From: Eledone cirrhosa
Taxonomy: Eukaryota
Length of the DNA stretch: 64,000 bases
Direction of reading: 5' to 3'
NCBI GenBank assembly: GCA_964016885.1
Contig: OZ024746.1
Location: forward strand, 46,562,001 to 46,626,000
The position numbers and the translations under genes are program-made. Under the pieces are notes generated by a model. That model had not been told where the DNA came from, did no database searches, and was given only the letters and a program-made list of their open reading frames with translations. Every line of letters starts with the position of its first letter. The stretch's first letter is position 1. Shown one piece after another: positions 47,484-61,108 of the stretch.

Positions 47484-49092
47484 ATTAATTGGTTTAAAAA
47501 TATTAGGTGTAAATCTTCTGCTTCTTTCCTACAATTTGATATAGATAATTACTATTCTTCTATATCACCCATACTCCTGAACAAAGCATTAATATTTGCT
47601 AAAAATAGATCTAATTTAACTTCGGATGACATTAACATTATTACACATGCTAGACTAACACTTATTGAATTTCAGAATGAATACTGGACCAGAAACACAT
47701 ACAGTAATCTTTTTGATATTACTATGGGTTCAAGCGATTCCGCCCAAATTACTGATCTTGTGGGCCTCTTTCTCCTTTTCAACATAAATGCCTCTTTTCC
47801 CCACCTCAAAGGTGGTTTATATCGTGATGACTGTCTTCTTCTTTCTAACAACCTTAGCCTTTCAGAAATCGAAAAAAACAAAAAACATATTAGAACTTTC
47901 CTTAAAGACTATTATAATCTTAATATTACTTTTGAAAAAACAAGTAAAGTAGTAAATTTCCTAGATATAACTTTAGATTTAGCTACGGGTATATACCAAC
48001 CTTACCATAAACCTAACCAAAACTTACATTACATACACTCACAATCTAATCACCCTAAATCTATCCTTAAAAACCTTGCATATAATATATCACTTAGAAT
48101 TTCTAACCTTTCTTCTAACCAAGATGTATTTGATAAAAATGCGACCTTTTATAATGAAGCTCTAGATAGAAGTGGCCACAAAAATAGATTAGAGTATATA
48201 CCTTCTACTAAAAATACTGAAAGCATACAGCATAATATTACCAACAAACACCAAATGAATAGTACACACCTAAATGCCACCCACAATATACCCCAAAATA
48301 CTAAATCTTCTAATATAAAGTATAGTAACCCTCAAAAAACTACTCATCATACAACTATAATAAATATTAATAATAAAACTCCTAATAAAAAAGATAAAAC
48401 ACCTAAATCTACAAATATAACTAAAAATAGTTGTGGTGAGATCATTAACATTAATCCTCCTAGTAAAAATCATGATACAACCTATAAAAATAATAAAAAT
48501 AATAAACAACATAGAAACCGTAATAGACGAGTTACTTGGTATAATGCTCCTTTTAATTTACAAGTTAAGGATATATAATGCATATAAATGTAAGAAAACC
48601 ATAAGTATACCACCAGTACATCAAATTAACAATAATATCTCCTCAAATACAGAATTAACGAAAGGATGTAACTGTAGAAACAAAACAAACTGCCCATTAA
48701 AAGGGAATTGTCTTGTTAACAACATAGTCTATAAATGTAATGTTAAAACTAAAGATTCTATTTGCTCATATATAGGAGCTACCTCTAACAATTTTAAGAC
48801 AAGGTTTAATACCCACAAACATAGTTTTAAAAATGCCGCACTGGCTAATACAACATCTCTAGCAGAAAAAATCAATAGTTATAAAAATAAGAATATAAAA
48901 TATGATTTGACCTGGAGTGTGCTCAAAAGAGCCACCCCTTATCAAAATAATAGAAAGGAATGTAGATTATGTTCCCAAGAACTATTTGAAATAATGAAGT
49001 CTAAGGATATCTTATTAAATAAACGACAGGAATTAATTATATCGTGTAATCATAAACTAAAAAAAACATTTAAATATTATAAACCTAATTAA
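47484..49092 (+). pseudogene. PLE RT and GIY-YIG, 5'-truncated at the arm junction, with an internal deletion/frameshift near 48575
   Basis: FLQFDIDNYY, MGSSDSAQITDLVG, GLYRDD, FLDITLDL, CNCRNKTNCPLKGNC, YIGAT, CRLC. Confidence 0.92.
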
Positions 49093-49624
49093 TAACATTA
49101 TTCTAGAAATTAATTTAATTTAAATGTTAGTTAACCTTTAAATTTAATTTAATTAATATTTTATTACAGATGAGAAAATATTATGTAATCATAAATTGTG
49201 AAAAACCTTTAAATATTACTAATATATACTTAGTAATTTAATTTATAGATTAATTTTAATTTATTTAAACCTTTTATTATAATTCTTTTACAGATAAAAT
49301 ATAACAAAATAATATCATGTATCCAATGACGGAGAAAGAATTTTTAGTATTATAGACCTAATTAATATACATTTTGGAAATATATTTATTATTTGGTTTT
49401 AGTTTTAATCAACCTAAAACTTTAATTTTAATTTGCTTAAAATTAGTATCCTTATACAGACGAATTGCAGAATGTCATGTAATCATAGAATGGGATGTGT
49501 TTTGGATATATACCTAGTTAATATATTCTGTGCAATTTTTTGAAAAAGATATGTATATGTATATGTATATGTATGTGTGTGTGTTGTGTATGTGTATCTG
49601 TATGTATGTATATGTGTGTATATA

Positions 49625-49669
<45 letters not shown>

Positions 49670-51359
49670 ATATGTATGTATATGTGTATGTGTATGTATA
49701 TGTATATGTATGCGTATTAATTTTGATTTCTATTTGCATATAATTATATTATGCTATTGATGAAATACAATATCTGCTTTATGTATTGTGTACCTAATTA
49801 ACATATACTAATTAACGTATACTATTGAAATGAATATATAATTTTTAATTTAGTTAACATATAATTTATATGCTACTACCGATGTAATACTTTATTTTAT
49901 TTTTATTTGGGTTTCTTTTCCCTATTACTAAATTCATCTCCTAATATTGATACCATAACGTTATTAACTTTTATTTAGTTATAATGTAATTAATAATCTA
50001 CTACTGTTTGACTTCAAAATTCTGCTTCAAATATTATAAACCTAACTAATTTACACCTTAGAAATCAATATGTTGACTATCTTTGGTTTAGTTAACATAT
50101 GATTAATGGTATACTTATTTATTTTGAGTTGCATAGATTTTGTATTTCCTAGCACTGAAAATATGTAAGAACATACATTGAATTAAGATACGGAAAATAT
50201 TATATGTTTCTTGAAACATATATTTACTTTGATCCCCTTCTCCAAACCCCCCCTTTCCCCCATACTATTATCATCTGTATTTGTAAGCGTCTATGTATGA
50301 ATATATATGTAGGTAGGTGTCTATATAGGTTTGGGTATTTATATCTAAATATAAAAATACATATATGAGCATGCAAATATGAATGTAAGATTGTGTGTGT
50401 ATATATGATTGTACATACATATGTATGTATATATATGTATATATATGTATTATATATGTATGTGTATGTGAATGTGTTGTATGTATATGTGTATATATGT
50501 GTATATATGTGTATGTATGTGTATGCTTGTATATATAGGAATATATATATGTGTATATATGTATGTATATGTATATGCGTGTATGTATGTATGTGTATAT
50601 GTGTTGTGTATATATATGTATGTCTCTCTATTTATATGTTTATCTTCGTATCTATGTGATATATGTGTGTGTGTGTGCACGTATGCATATGTATGTGTTT
50701 GTGTGTGTTTGTATGTGAGTGTGTATATATGTGTGTGTGCGCACACTCACATACACATATATATATATATATATATGTGAATGTGTATGTGTGTCTGTGT
50801 GTGTGTGTGTGTGTGTATGTGTGTATATATATATATGTATATATATATGTATATATATATATATAGATATATATATATATATATATATAGGTGTCTATGT
50901 GTGAATATATGTCTTTATTCGTATGTGTGTATTCTGTATGTATATATTTATGTGTATGTATGTATGTGTATGTATGTATGTATATATATATATGTATATA
51001 TATGTATATGTATATATATATATGTATATTATTCTTTATTATTATTGTAATATAACTTATGTGTATATGTGTATAAGTGAGGTTGTGTATGTATATATAA
51101 TATGTGTATATATAGGAGTAATGAAATATATATATATATATATATGTGCATGTCTGTTTTTTATGTGTGTGTATATATGTATATATATGTATATATATAT
51201 ATATATATGTATACGTGTGTGTATATGGGTATATATATATATATATATACATGTGGGTGTTTGTATGTGTATTTATGGTGGTATGAGTGTGTGGATATAT
51301 ATGGTTATATATATATATATATATATGTGTGTATATATATATGAGTCTATGTGTGTGTG

Positions 51360-51395
<36 letters not shown>

Positions 51396-51730
51396 TATGT
51401 ATGTGTATATATATGTGGGTGTATGTATGTATGTATGTGTATGTATGTGTGTGTATATATATATATCTCTATTAATGCGTGTGTGTATGTATATACATAT
51501 GCCTTTTTATTATTATTTTCATTTGTATGTCTGAGTTTGGTGAGGTTGTATTGTTTTTTATATGTATATACACATATATGGAAGCGTATGTATTTATTTA
51601 TATGAGTATAAGTAGGTGCATATGTATGTATGATTATATATCTAATTCTATGTATGAAGGTACATCTATATATATATATATATACGTGTGTATGTAAGTT
51701 GTGTGTGTATGTATCTTTATGTCTATGTGA

Positions 51731-51776
<46 letters not shown>

Positions 51777-52737
51777 CGAGGTGCGTATATGTATGTACAT
51801 GTATGTACATGTATGTGTGTATGTATGTGTATGTATATTTAGATGTATGTGTATGTATATGTATATATATGTATATATATATATATACGTATATATATAT
51901 ATATATGTGTGTGTGTATATATATATATATGGATATATATCTTTATTATCTATTTTTTATATATATGTGTATGTGTGTATGTGTTGCGCGTGTGAGTGTG
52001 TATATATATATCTTTTTATATGTGTATGTGTATGATCGTGTAAGTGTATGTGTGTGTATGACTGTATATGTATGTGTGTATGTGTGTATGCGTAAATATC
52101 TCTATGTGCGCGTACATGTATGTATGTGTATGTGTATCTGTATGTGTATGTACATTATATTACATTTATTATATTTTATTGTTTTTATTTTTTTATTTTT
52201 CTTAATTTATAGATACATTTATATTAGGCAGTCTGCTCAGACAATTGAATACTGACCCTTCCCCCCCCTCCCACCTAATTTCTGTATCTTGATCTTGAAA
52301 TGTGTGTGCCAGTGTTTTATGTGAGTGACTTAATTTCTATGTGCTTATGATTTTATATCCACATATATAAATGTGAGTGGGGGAGTGTGTGTGTTTGTAT
52401 GTTCGTGGTTATGTGTATATTTATGCATATACGCGCATGTATGTGTGATTATACTGATATGTGTGAGTATGAAAAAATATATTTATATGCTTGACTCCAT
52501 AAGTATCAATACGCATCTTATCAGCGCATTAAGCTTACAGAGATATTAACCTTGAAATTTTGTGTTTGCATCCATCTTTTTAGTATGCGCATACAAATTA
52601 TACACACATTATTGTAAAATATGTGTAAGGATTTTACATGTATATATACACACACCGAACTGCTTTTAACCCTTTGTGTTTTCATTGGTCAATTTTGAAC
52701 TGATATTTTGAATTGTTGTTATTATCAATAAATATAC

Positions 52738-52892
52738 TTCATTATTTCTGAAGACGGCGTATATATGTGTTAGGTATGTATATTTAATCTTGATAATTTG
52801 TATAATTTTGTATAATTTTGTACATAGATCTGTTGAATATGCATACCAATTATAACACATATATACCCTAGAAACGATCGTTAAATAATGAA
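52738..52892 (+). ncRNA. Hammerhead with ~113 nt stem II (F13); inverse copy 44980-45134
   Basis: TTCATTATTT-CTGAAGA-long hairpin-GAAA-CGATCG-TT-AAATAATGAA; 10 bp stem I. Confidence 0.8.
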
Positions 52893-53160
52893 CTTTTTTT
52901 GTTTAATATAAGGAATTGTTTATTCATTATTTCTTTAATATTTTATCTTGACTCTGTATACCGTTTATCTTTCACCGAAAGTGGATTTTCATTACATCTC
53001 TTCTTTCCATGATATCCGGAATACATTGAGTCCTTCATACGGATTGGACACTACCGTAAACTCTTGGTAGATTTATCTACATATATATATATATATATAT
53101 ATATACTATATATATATATATATATACTATATATATATATACTATATATATATATATATA

Positions 53161-53196
<36 letters not shown>

Positions 53197-53257
53197 TATA
53201 TATATATATATAGTATATATATATATTATATATATATATATATATTATATATATATA

Positions 53258-53303
<46 letters not shown>

Positions 53304-53460
53304 TATATATATATATACTATATATATATATATAAATATATATATATATAGTATATATATATATAGTATATATATATAGTATAATATATAGTATATATAT
53401 ATATAGTATATATATATATAGTATATATATATATAGTATAATATATAGTATATATATATA

Positions 53461-53519
<59 letters not shown>

Positions 53520-53520
<1 letters not shown>

Positions 53521-53761
53521 GTGGGAAAGTGAAAAATCGGAGAACAGACCGTTAAAACAACATGTTTTAACGGTCTGTTCTCCGATTTTTCACTTTCCCA
53601 CGTGCTTACGCTCTGCTAACTCTCTAGCCCACTAAATATTAACACTTCGAATATTTAATACTGCCGGCACTAGTATCGAGCACCTTTGGCATACGCTACT
53701 TGGCAAATAACTATATGTATCACCTATCCCACCTTTTTCTCTCTCTTTCTCGATACGTAAA

Positions 53762-53764
<3 letters not shown>
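53520..53764 (+). repeat. Fold-back tail of an F4-related PLE (second copy 55291-55535)
   Basis: ~84 bp hairpin; TTTTAACGGTCTGTTCTCCGATTTTTCACTTTCCCACG resembles 11754-11791. Confidence 0.75.
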
Positions 53765-53829
<65 letters not shown>

Positions 53830-54004
53830 TATATAGTATATATATATATATATATATATAGTATATATATATATAGTATATATATATATATATATATATA
53901 TAGTATATATATATATAGTATATATATATAGTATATATATATATATATAGTATATATATATATATAGTATATATATATATATATATAGTATATATATATA
54001 TATA

Positions 54005-54038
<34 letters not shown>

Positions 54039-54039
54039 T

Positions 54040-54580
54040 AGATTTTGAGTTTATGTTGGTTGTATACCAACACCTCAGTATGCAGGCTGGAGCACTCGAC
54101 GAAGTGGGCAGGTTGGTTTGGTTACTCCGGAGTAGAGTAAAATAAAGTTAAATAAAAGTCAAATGATTAAAATTTAGCTTCGTTTATTACTGCTATATAT
54201 ATTTCAGTGACAGCCATATTTGGCTGTGACCTCTTCAGCCAGTTTGAATTAGTATGGTATAGACAAGTATATATGTTGTTTAGGTGTATGATATTGTCAA
54301 TACTCTGATATGCCCAGTTCCTTGCTGGGTTGTTAATTCACTGGGGAATGACTCACATATGACTCCAGTTCCCCAGTGAATTAACAACCCAGCAAGGAAC
54401 TGGGCATATCAGAGTATTGACAATATCATACACCTAAACAACATATGTACTTGTCTATACCATACTAATTCAAACTGCCTGAAGAGGTCACAGCCAAAGA
54501 TGGCTGTCACTGAAATATATATAGCAGTAATAAACGAAGCTAAATTTTAATCATTTGAATTTTATTTAACTTTATTTTAT
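54040..54580 (-). mobile_element. F12 fold-back, copy 2
   Basis: Near-identical to 44040-44580. Confidence 0.87.
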
Positions 54581-54697
54581 ATATATAGTATATATATAGT
54601 ATATATATATATATATATATAGTAAATATATATATATATAGTACATATATATATATATATATATAGTATATATATGTATAGTATATATATATATATA

Positions 54698-54733
<36 letters not shown>

Positions 54734-54793
54734 TATATATATATATATATATTTATATATGTAGTATATATATATATAGTATATATATATATA

Positions 54794-54827
<34 letters not shown>

Positions 54828-54956
54828 TTTACATATATATATATATATATAGTATATATATATATATATATCTAGTATATATATATATATAAATATATAC
54901 TATATATATATATATATATATACTATATATATATATACTATATATATATATATATA

Positions 54957-54996
<40 letters not shown>

Positions 54997-55036
54997 TATA
55001 TATATATATATAGTATATATATATATTATATATATA

Positions 55037-55084
<48 letters not shown>

Positions 55085-55096
55085 TATATATATATA

Positions 55097-55132
<36 letters not shown>

Positions 55133-55251
55133 TATATATATATAGTATATATATATAGTATAATATATAGTATATATATATATAGTATAATATATAGTAT
55201 ATATATATATAGTATATATATATATAGTATAATATATAGTATATATATATA

Positions 55252-55291
<40 letters not shown>

Positions 55292-55532
55292 GTGGGAAAG
55301 TGAAAAATCGGAGAACAGACCGTTAAAACAACATGTTTTAACGGTCTGTTCTCCGATTTTTCACTTTCCCACGTGCTTACGCTCTGCTAACTCTCTAGCC
55401 CACTAAATATTAACACTTCGAATATTTAATACTGCCGGCACTAGTATCGAGCACCTTTGGCATACGCTACTTGGCAAATAACTATATGTATCACCTATCC
55501 CTCCTTTTTCTCTCTCTTTCTCGATACGTAAA

Positions 55533-55589
<57 letters not shown>

Positions 55590-55640
55590 GTATATATAGT
55601 ATATATATATATATATATATATAGTATATATATATATATA

Positions 55641-55680
<40 letters not shown>

Positions 55681-55749
55681 TATATATATATAGTATATAT
55701 ATATAGTATATATATATATATATAGTATATATATATATATATATATATA

Positions 55750-55789
<40 letters not shown>

Positions 55790-55843
55790 TATATATATAT
55801 ATAGTATATATATATATATATATATAGTATATATATATATATA

Positions 55844-55879
<36 letters not shown>

Positions 55880-55880
55880 T

Positions 55881-56382
55881 AGATTTTGAGTTTATGTTGG
55901 TTGTATACCAACACCTCAGTATGCAGGCTGGAGCACTCGACGAAGTGGGCAGGTTGGTTTGGTTACTCCGGAGTAGTGTAAAATAAAGTTAAATAAAAGT
56001 CAAATGATTAAAATTTAGCTTCGTTTATTACTGCTATATATATTTCAGTGACAGCCATCTTTGGCTGTGACCTCTTCAGGCAGTTTGAATTAGTATGGTA
56101 TAGACAAGTACATATGTTGTTTAGGTGTATGATATTGTCAATACTCTGATATGCCCAGTTCCTTGCTGGGTTGTTAATTCACTGGGGAATGACTCACATA
56201 TGACTCCAGTTCCCCAGTGAATTAACAACCCAGCAAGGAACTGGGCATATCAGAGTATTGACAATATCATACACCTAAACAACATATGTACTTGTCTATA
56301 CCATACTAATTCAAACTGCCTGAAGAGGTCACAGCCAAAGATGGCTGTCACTGAAATATATATAGCAGTAATAAACGAAGCT
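55881..56382 (-). mobile_element. F12 fold-back, copy 3 (HHR 56030-56084 minus, 56315-56369 plus)
   Basis: Near-identical to 44040-44542, then diverges. Confidence 0.87.
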
Positions 56383-56418
56383 GATGATAGCTAACAAGCT
56401 TGAAACTAGTACATCGTT
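56374..56418 (+). ncRNA. Minimal hammerhead (F14) fused to F12
   Basis: AACGAAG-CTGATGA-T AGCT aaca AGCT T-GAAA-CTAG-TA-CATCGTT. Confidence 0.8.
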
Positions 56419-56596
56419 CCTGTGTCAGTGTTGAACAAAAAGGTGACGTGGTTGCCTTAACACCGTATGGCATAAATTCAGGCTGTTCGATTTGTTGACA
56501 AACAAACGAACAAAGCAGGCGTTATAATAAACGTCGGCTAAACTGATGCGTGCATATATGTATGTGTACCTGTATGCATATGTGTATATATATATG

Positions 56597-56656
<60 letters not shown>

Positions 56657-56870
56657 TGCTACTGTACGTCTGTATACATATATGTATGTACGTATACATA
56701 CATACTTACATTTAAGTAAGTGCCATACTATGAGTGAGAAATGAAATTTCGTTTTCATTTTTTTTTTTCAACTTATATATATATATATATATACTACATA
56801 TATATATATATATACTACATATATATATATATATATACTATATATATATACACTATATATATATATATAA

Positions 56871-56931
<61 letters not shown>

Positions 56932-56976
56932 GTATATATATATATATCAATAAAGTTAGTCCTTCATCAGTGATCT

Positions 56977-57043
<67 letters not shown>

Positions 57044-57085
57044 TACATATATATTTATAGTATATATTTATATATATATAGTATA

Positions 57086-57121
<36 letters not shown>

Positions 57122-57302
57122 GTACATATATAGTATATATATATATATATATAGTATATATATATATATAGTATATATATATATATATAGTATATATATA
57201 TATATATAGTATATATATATATATATAGTATATATATATATATATAGTATATATATATATATAGAATATATATATATATATATAGTATATATATATATAT
57301 AG

Positions 57303-57336
<34 letters not shown>

Positions 57337-57380
57337 CATATATATGTATATATATATATATATAGTATATATATATATAT

Positions 57381-58546
57381 AAAGAAAAAGGGATGAAATC
57401 GAAAATGCAACTGAAGTCTTATTTTTTTTAAAAATATATATATTTTTTTGGTTCCTTTACCGGTTTCGCAGTTCTGCTTTTCAAAAGGTGAGTTGAGATG
57501 GAGGGTCTGTGGTTTTTCTCACATCTGGTTGGTCTCTAAATGTTACTTGTTTTATACGGAAAAAGTGGCTCGAAAACCAGGTTTTTCGAGAAGTAATTTG
57601 ATTGGTTTGTCAATAATTATAATAATTTTCGCGCCAGTTCGCGTTACAATAGTTCTTCAAATAAGAGAGGGGGGGGGTTGTCACAGGTTGTTTTATCATA
57701 TATGAGTGTTTGAATTTCTTTTTACTTGAAAAAATGAGGCTCACGAAAAAATCACTTCACTTGCTCATCAAAAAATCTACTTTATGCCATTAAATGTAAA
57801 GGATGCAATGAAGATTATATAGGACAAATTAAACTCACACTCAGAAACAGAGAAACAGAATGACAGTTCATCGCCAACAATTACGAGATCCAACTACGAG
57901 ACAGATACCACTAAGTGCACATCTAGACATTTGCGCAAGTAATAAGACACCCAAATTCCAAGTCTTCCCATTTTACCTTTGCGCTAACAATACAACAGAA
58001 CAAATGCGAATAAATAAGGAAAATATGTTTATTCAAAAATATAGACCAACATTAAATAAGGTTTAATATACATTATGTCAACACCACAATATGACATACA
58101 CACACACACATAACACCTTCTACTTTAGAAAATAAAAACCCGAACTAAATAAACCTTAAACATACGTTTGCACTGGCAATACAATAGCAAACACGAAAAA
58201 GTCAGGAAGATATGTTCATTCAAAAATATTCCTACTAAAGGAATCATTTTCCTACACACACACACACATACACACACACACAATATATATATATATATAT
58301 ATATATTCTCTTCATCTTAACATGCTAACCATACTCCCACACACATAACACCCATACACACACATAACAACCCCCACACCTACAACACCCTCCCCATTTC
58401 TACTAATAGAACCACTTTCCTACACACATATATATATACACACACAAAATATATATTCTCTCTATCTAACATACTCGCACACACACACATAACACACAAC
58501 TCCCTCCCCCATCTCTACTAATAGAATCATCTTCCAATACACACAT

Positions 58547-58579
<33 letters not shown>

Positions 58580-59259
58580 AGCACACAAATAAACACATAT
58601 CTTCAGTCTCAATAGAAAATCTGAACTCTGACACCTGAACTCTGACAGCTGGCCATATTCACTGAACCAGAACATTTCTCCCAATCCCTTTTCCCTTGAC
58701 CACTATCTCTCCATTGTCATAACATTCACTATAAAGACTACAGAATAGTTTTCCAAATAAGGGCGCAAAAATGTAATGAAAACTTGTTCACGTGACAGCC
58801 AAATTTCATTTATAACCAACCAAAACAAAGCCTTCGTGAGCCTCATTTTTTCAAGTAAAAAGAAATTCAAACACTTATATATGAAAAAACAACCTGTGAC
58901 CCCCCCCCCCCCTCTCTTATTTGAAGAACTATTGTAACGCGAACTGGCGCGAAATTTATTATAATTATTGACAAACCAATCAAATTACTTCTCGAAAAAC
59001 CTGGTTTTCGAGCCACTTTTTCCATATAAAACAAGTAACATTTAGAGACCAACCAGATGTGAGAAAAACCACAGACCCTCCATCTACTCACCTTTTGAAA
59101 AGCAGAAGAACTGCGAAACCGGTAAAGGAACCAAATAAATATATATATTTTTTAAAAAAATAAGACTTCAGTTGCATTTTCGATTTCATCCCTTTTTCTT
59201 TATACTTCCACTCGTGTAGGACACCTCGGTTATTTTTCATTTTGTAAAAAAAACCTCAC

Positions 59260-59265
<6 letters not shown>
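57381..59265 (+). mobile_element. 5'-truncated PLE family F11 with ~365 bp inverted repeats; GIY-YIG remnant at 57747-58066; HHR 57454-57488 minus and 59091-59128 plus
   Basis: FTCSSKNLLYAIKCKGCNEDYIGQ..RMTVHRQQ..YRPTLN; an 8 bp duplication shifts the frame. Confidence 0.88.
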
Positions 59266-59315
<50 letters not shown>

Positions 59316-59422
59316 TATATATATATATATATATACTATATATATATATATATACTATATATATACTATATATATATATATATATATACTATATATATAT
59401 ATATATATTATATATATATATA

Positions 59423-59462
<40 letters not shown>

Positions 59463-59629
59463 TATATATATATATAGTATATATATATATAGTATATATA
59501 TATAGTATATATATATATATATATAGTATATATATATATATAGTATATATATATATATAGTATATATATATAGTATATATATATATATATATATAGTATA
59601 TATATATATATATATATAGTATATATATA

Positions 59630-59662
<33 letters not shown>

Positions 59663-59663
<1 letters not shown>

Positions 59664-59941
59664 TATTTAGAAACACACAGATACATGCGGACACACACAT
59701 ATACATGAATGCATCCACATCCAACCGTGAGTTAATGGTGCCAACCTTACCGATGTTGCTCTATGAATGACTGGGACAGACTAATCCGGTTGAATTAGAC
59801 GGAACCAGTATCAGAGCTAAAAATACATTATGAAGAGAGAAGAAACATTTAGATATAATTAGTAATAAAATGTATCATAACTAAACTGCTCCTAGATTCC
59901 TCGACTACGTAGTTTCGTGGCATAAAAAAAACAATACATCA
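59663..59941 (-). repeat. Circularly permuted fragment of the F7 unit
   Basis: Matches 22785-22964, then continues without a break into 22372-22470. Confidence 0.85.
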
Positions 59942-59945
59942 TATA

Positions 59946-60005
<60 letters not shown>

Positions 60006-60053
60006 TATATATATATATATAGTATTAATATATATAGTATATATATATATATA

Positions 60054-60126
<73 letters not shown>

Positions 60127-60129
<3 letters not shown>

Positions 60130-61108
60130 ATAATAATAAAATTGAAGACTAAAATCCAAAGAGGGCTCGATAAGGAAAATATATATCAAATATACAAGAA
60201 CCGTAGAGCAAATATTTATTAAAATAACAGATTAAAGTTTAAGCAAAGAATCGCTGCTTTCACCCTTACCGGGATCTTCGGAAACTAACAAAGTCAATCT
60301 GTAAACGCAGAACCGGATATTTCAAAAAACGTTGCAACCTGAGGAAGACAGGAAGACGATACTTTGGTTCGTGGAAACGTTCGCTGGCAGAGAACGGGAA
60401 AAAACGAATAATACGTCATTAATAGGAGCGGTGAAAAACAATTACGCGCAAAGACAGAACCACGTTTATGGTATAAAAGAGGTCGTAGATTAATGTTCTC
60501 TTAGGTGGTGCATAGAGACGTTCGCTGGCACTGAACGAAAAAACGAAGATAATAAGTCATATGTGGAGCGTGGAGAACAATAGCACGCAAAGACAAAACC
60601 ACGTAAGACCTAGAAGAAATAGATCCCGTCGCATTTGTTGGTTTAACCCACCATATAATATGGAGGTGGCCACACCATTAGCTAAGATCTTTCTTTCCCT
60701 TATTACGAAGCATTTTCCCCCTACACATAAATATAGTAACATTTTTAATAGAAATACTATTAAAATTTCTTACTCTACGACTCCTAACCTTGCACATAAC
60801 ATCACAGCTTCAAATTTAGCTAAACTACCTAGCCGTAGGAACACGTGCAACCCTGTAGTTAGTACTGACTGTAATTGTAGGAATCGGACTGATTGCCCCC
60901 TATCCGGGAAATGCCTCTCTAGTAACATTGTCTACAAATGTAAGGTTGTAACACCCACGTCCCGTAGGGCCTACATAGGGTTAACCGCCATTAGTTTCAA
61001 GCAACGTCTTTATATGCATACCCATTCTTTTCGTTACCCTCTAAGAAGGAATATGACTTCACTTTCAGCTTATATCTGGAGACTAAAAGACAACCACACC
61101 CATTATAA
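60127..61108. mobile_element. F2 PLE: minus-strand pLTR (60127-60606) joined to a plus-strand linker/endonuclease fragment
   Basis: WFNPPYN..SYSTTPNL..CNCRNRTDCPLSGKC..YIGLT..TSLSAYIW; overlaps the peptide at 34152-34403. Confidence 0.88.

Larger units (their letters stand above)
44926..53080 (+). mobile_element. PLE (Hydra-clade-like) with 2.56 kb inverted repeats (44926-47485 and 50390-52946) and a ~135 bp tail
   Basis: Arms near-identical, including the complex microsatellite; central RT and GIY-YIG remnant. Confidence 0.92.
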
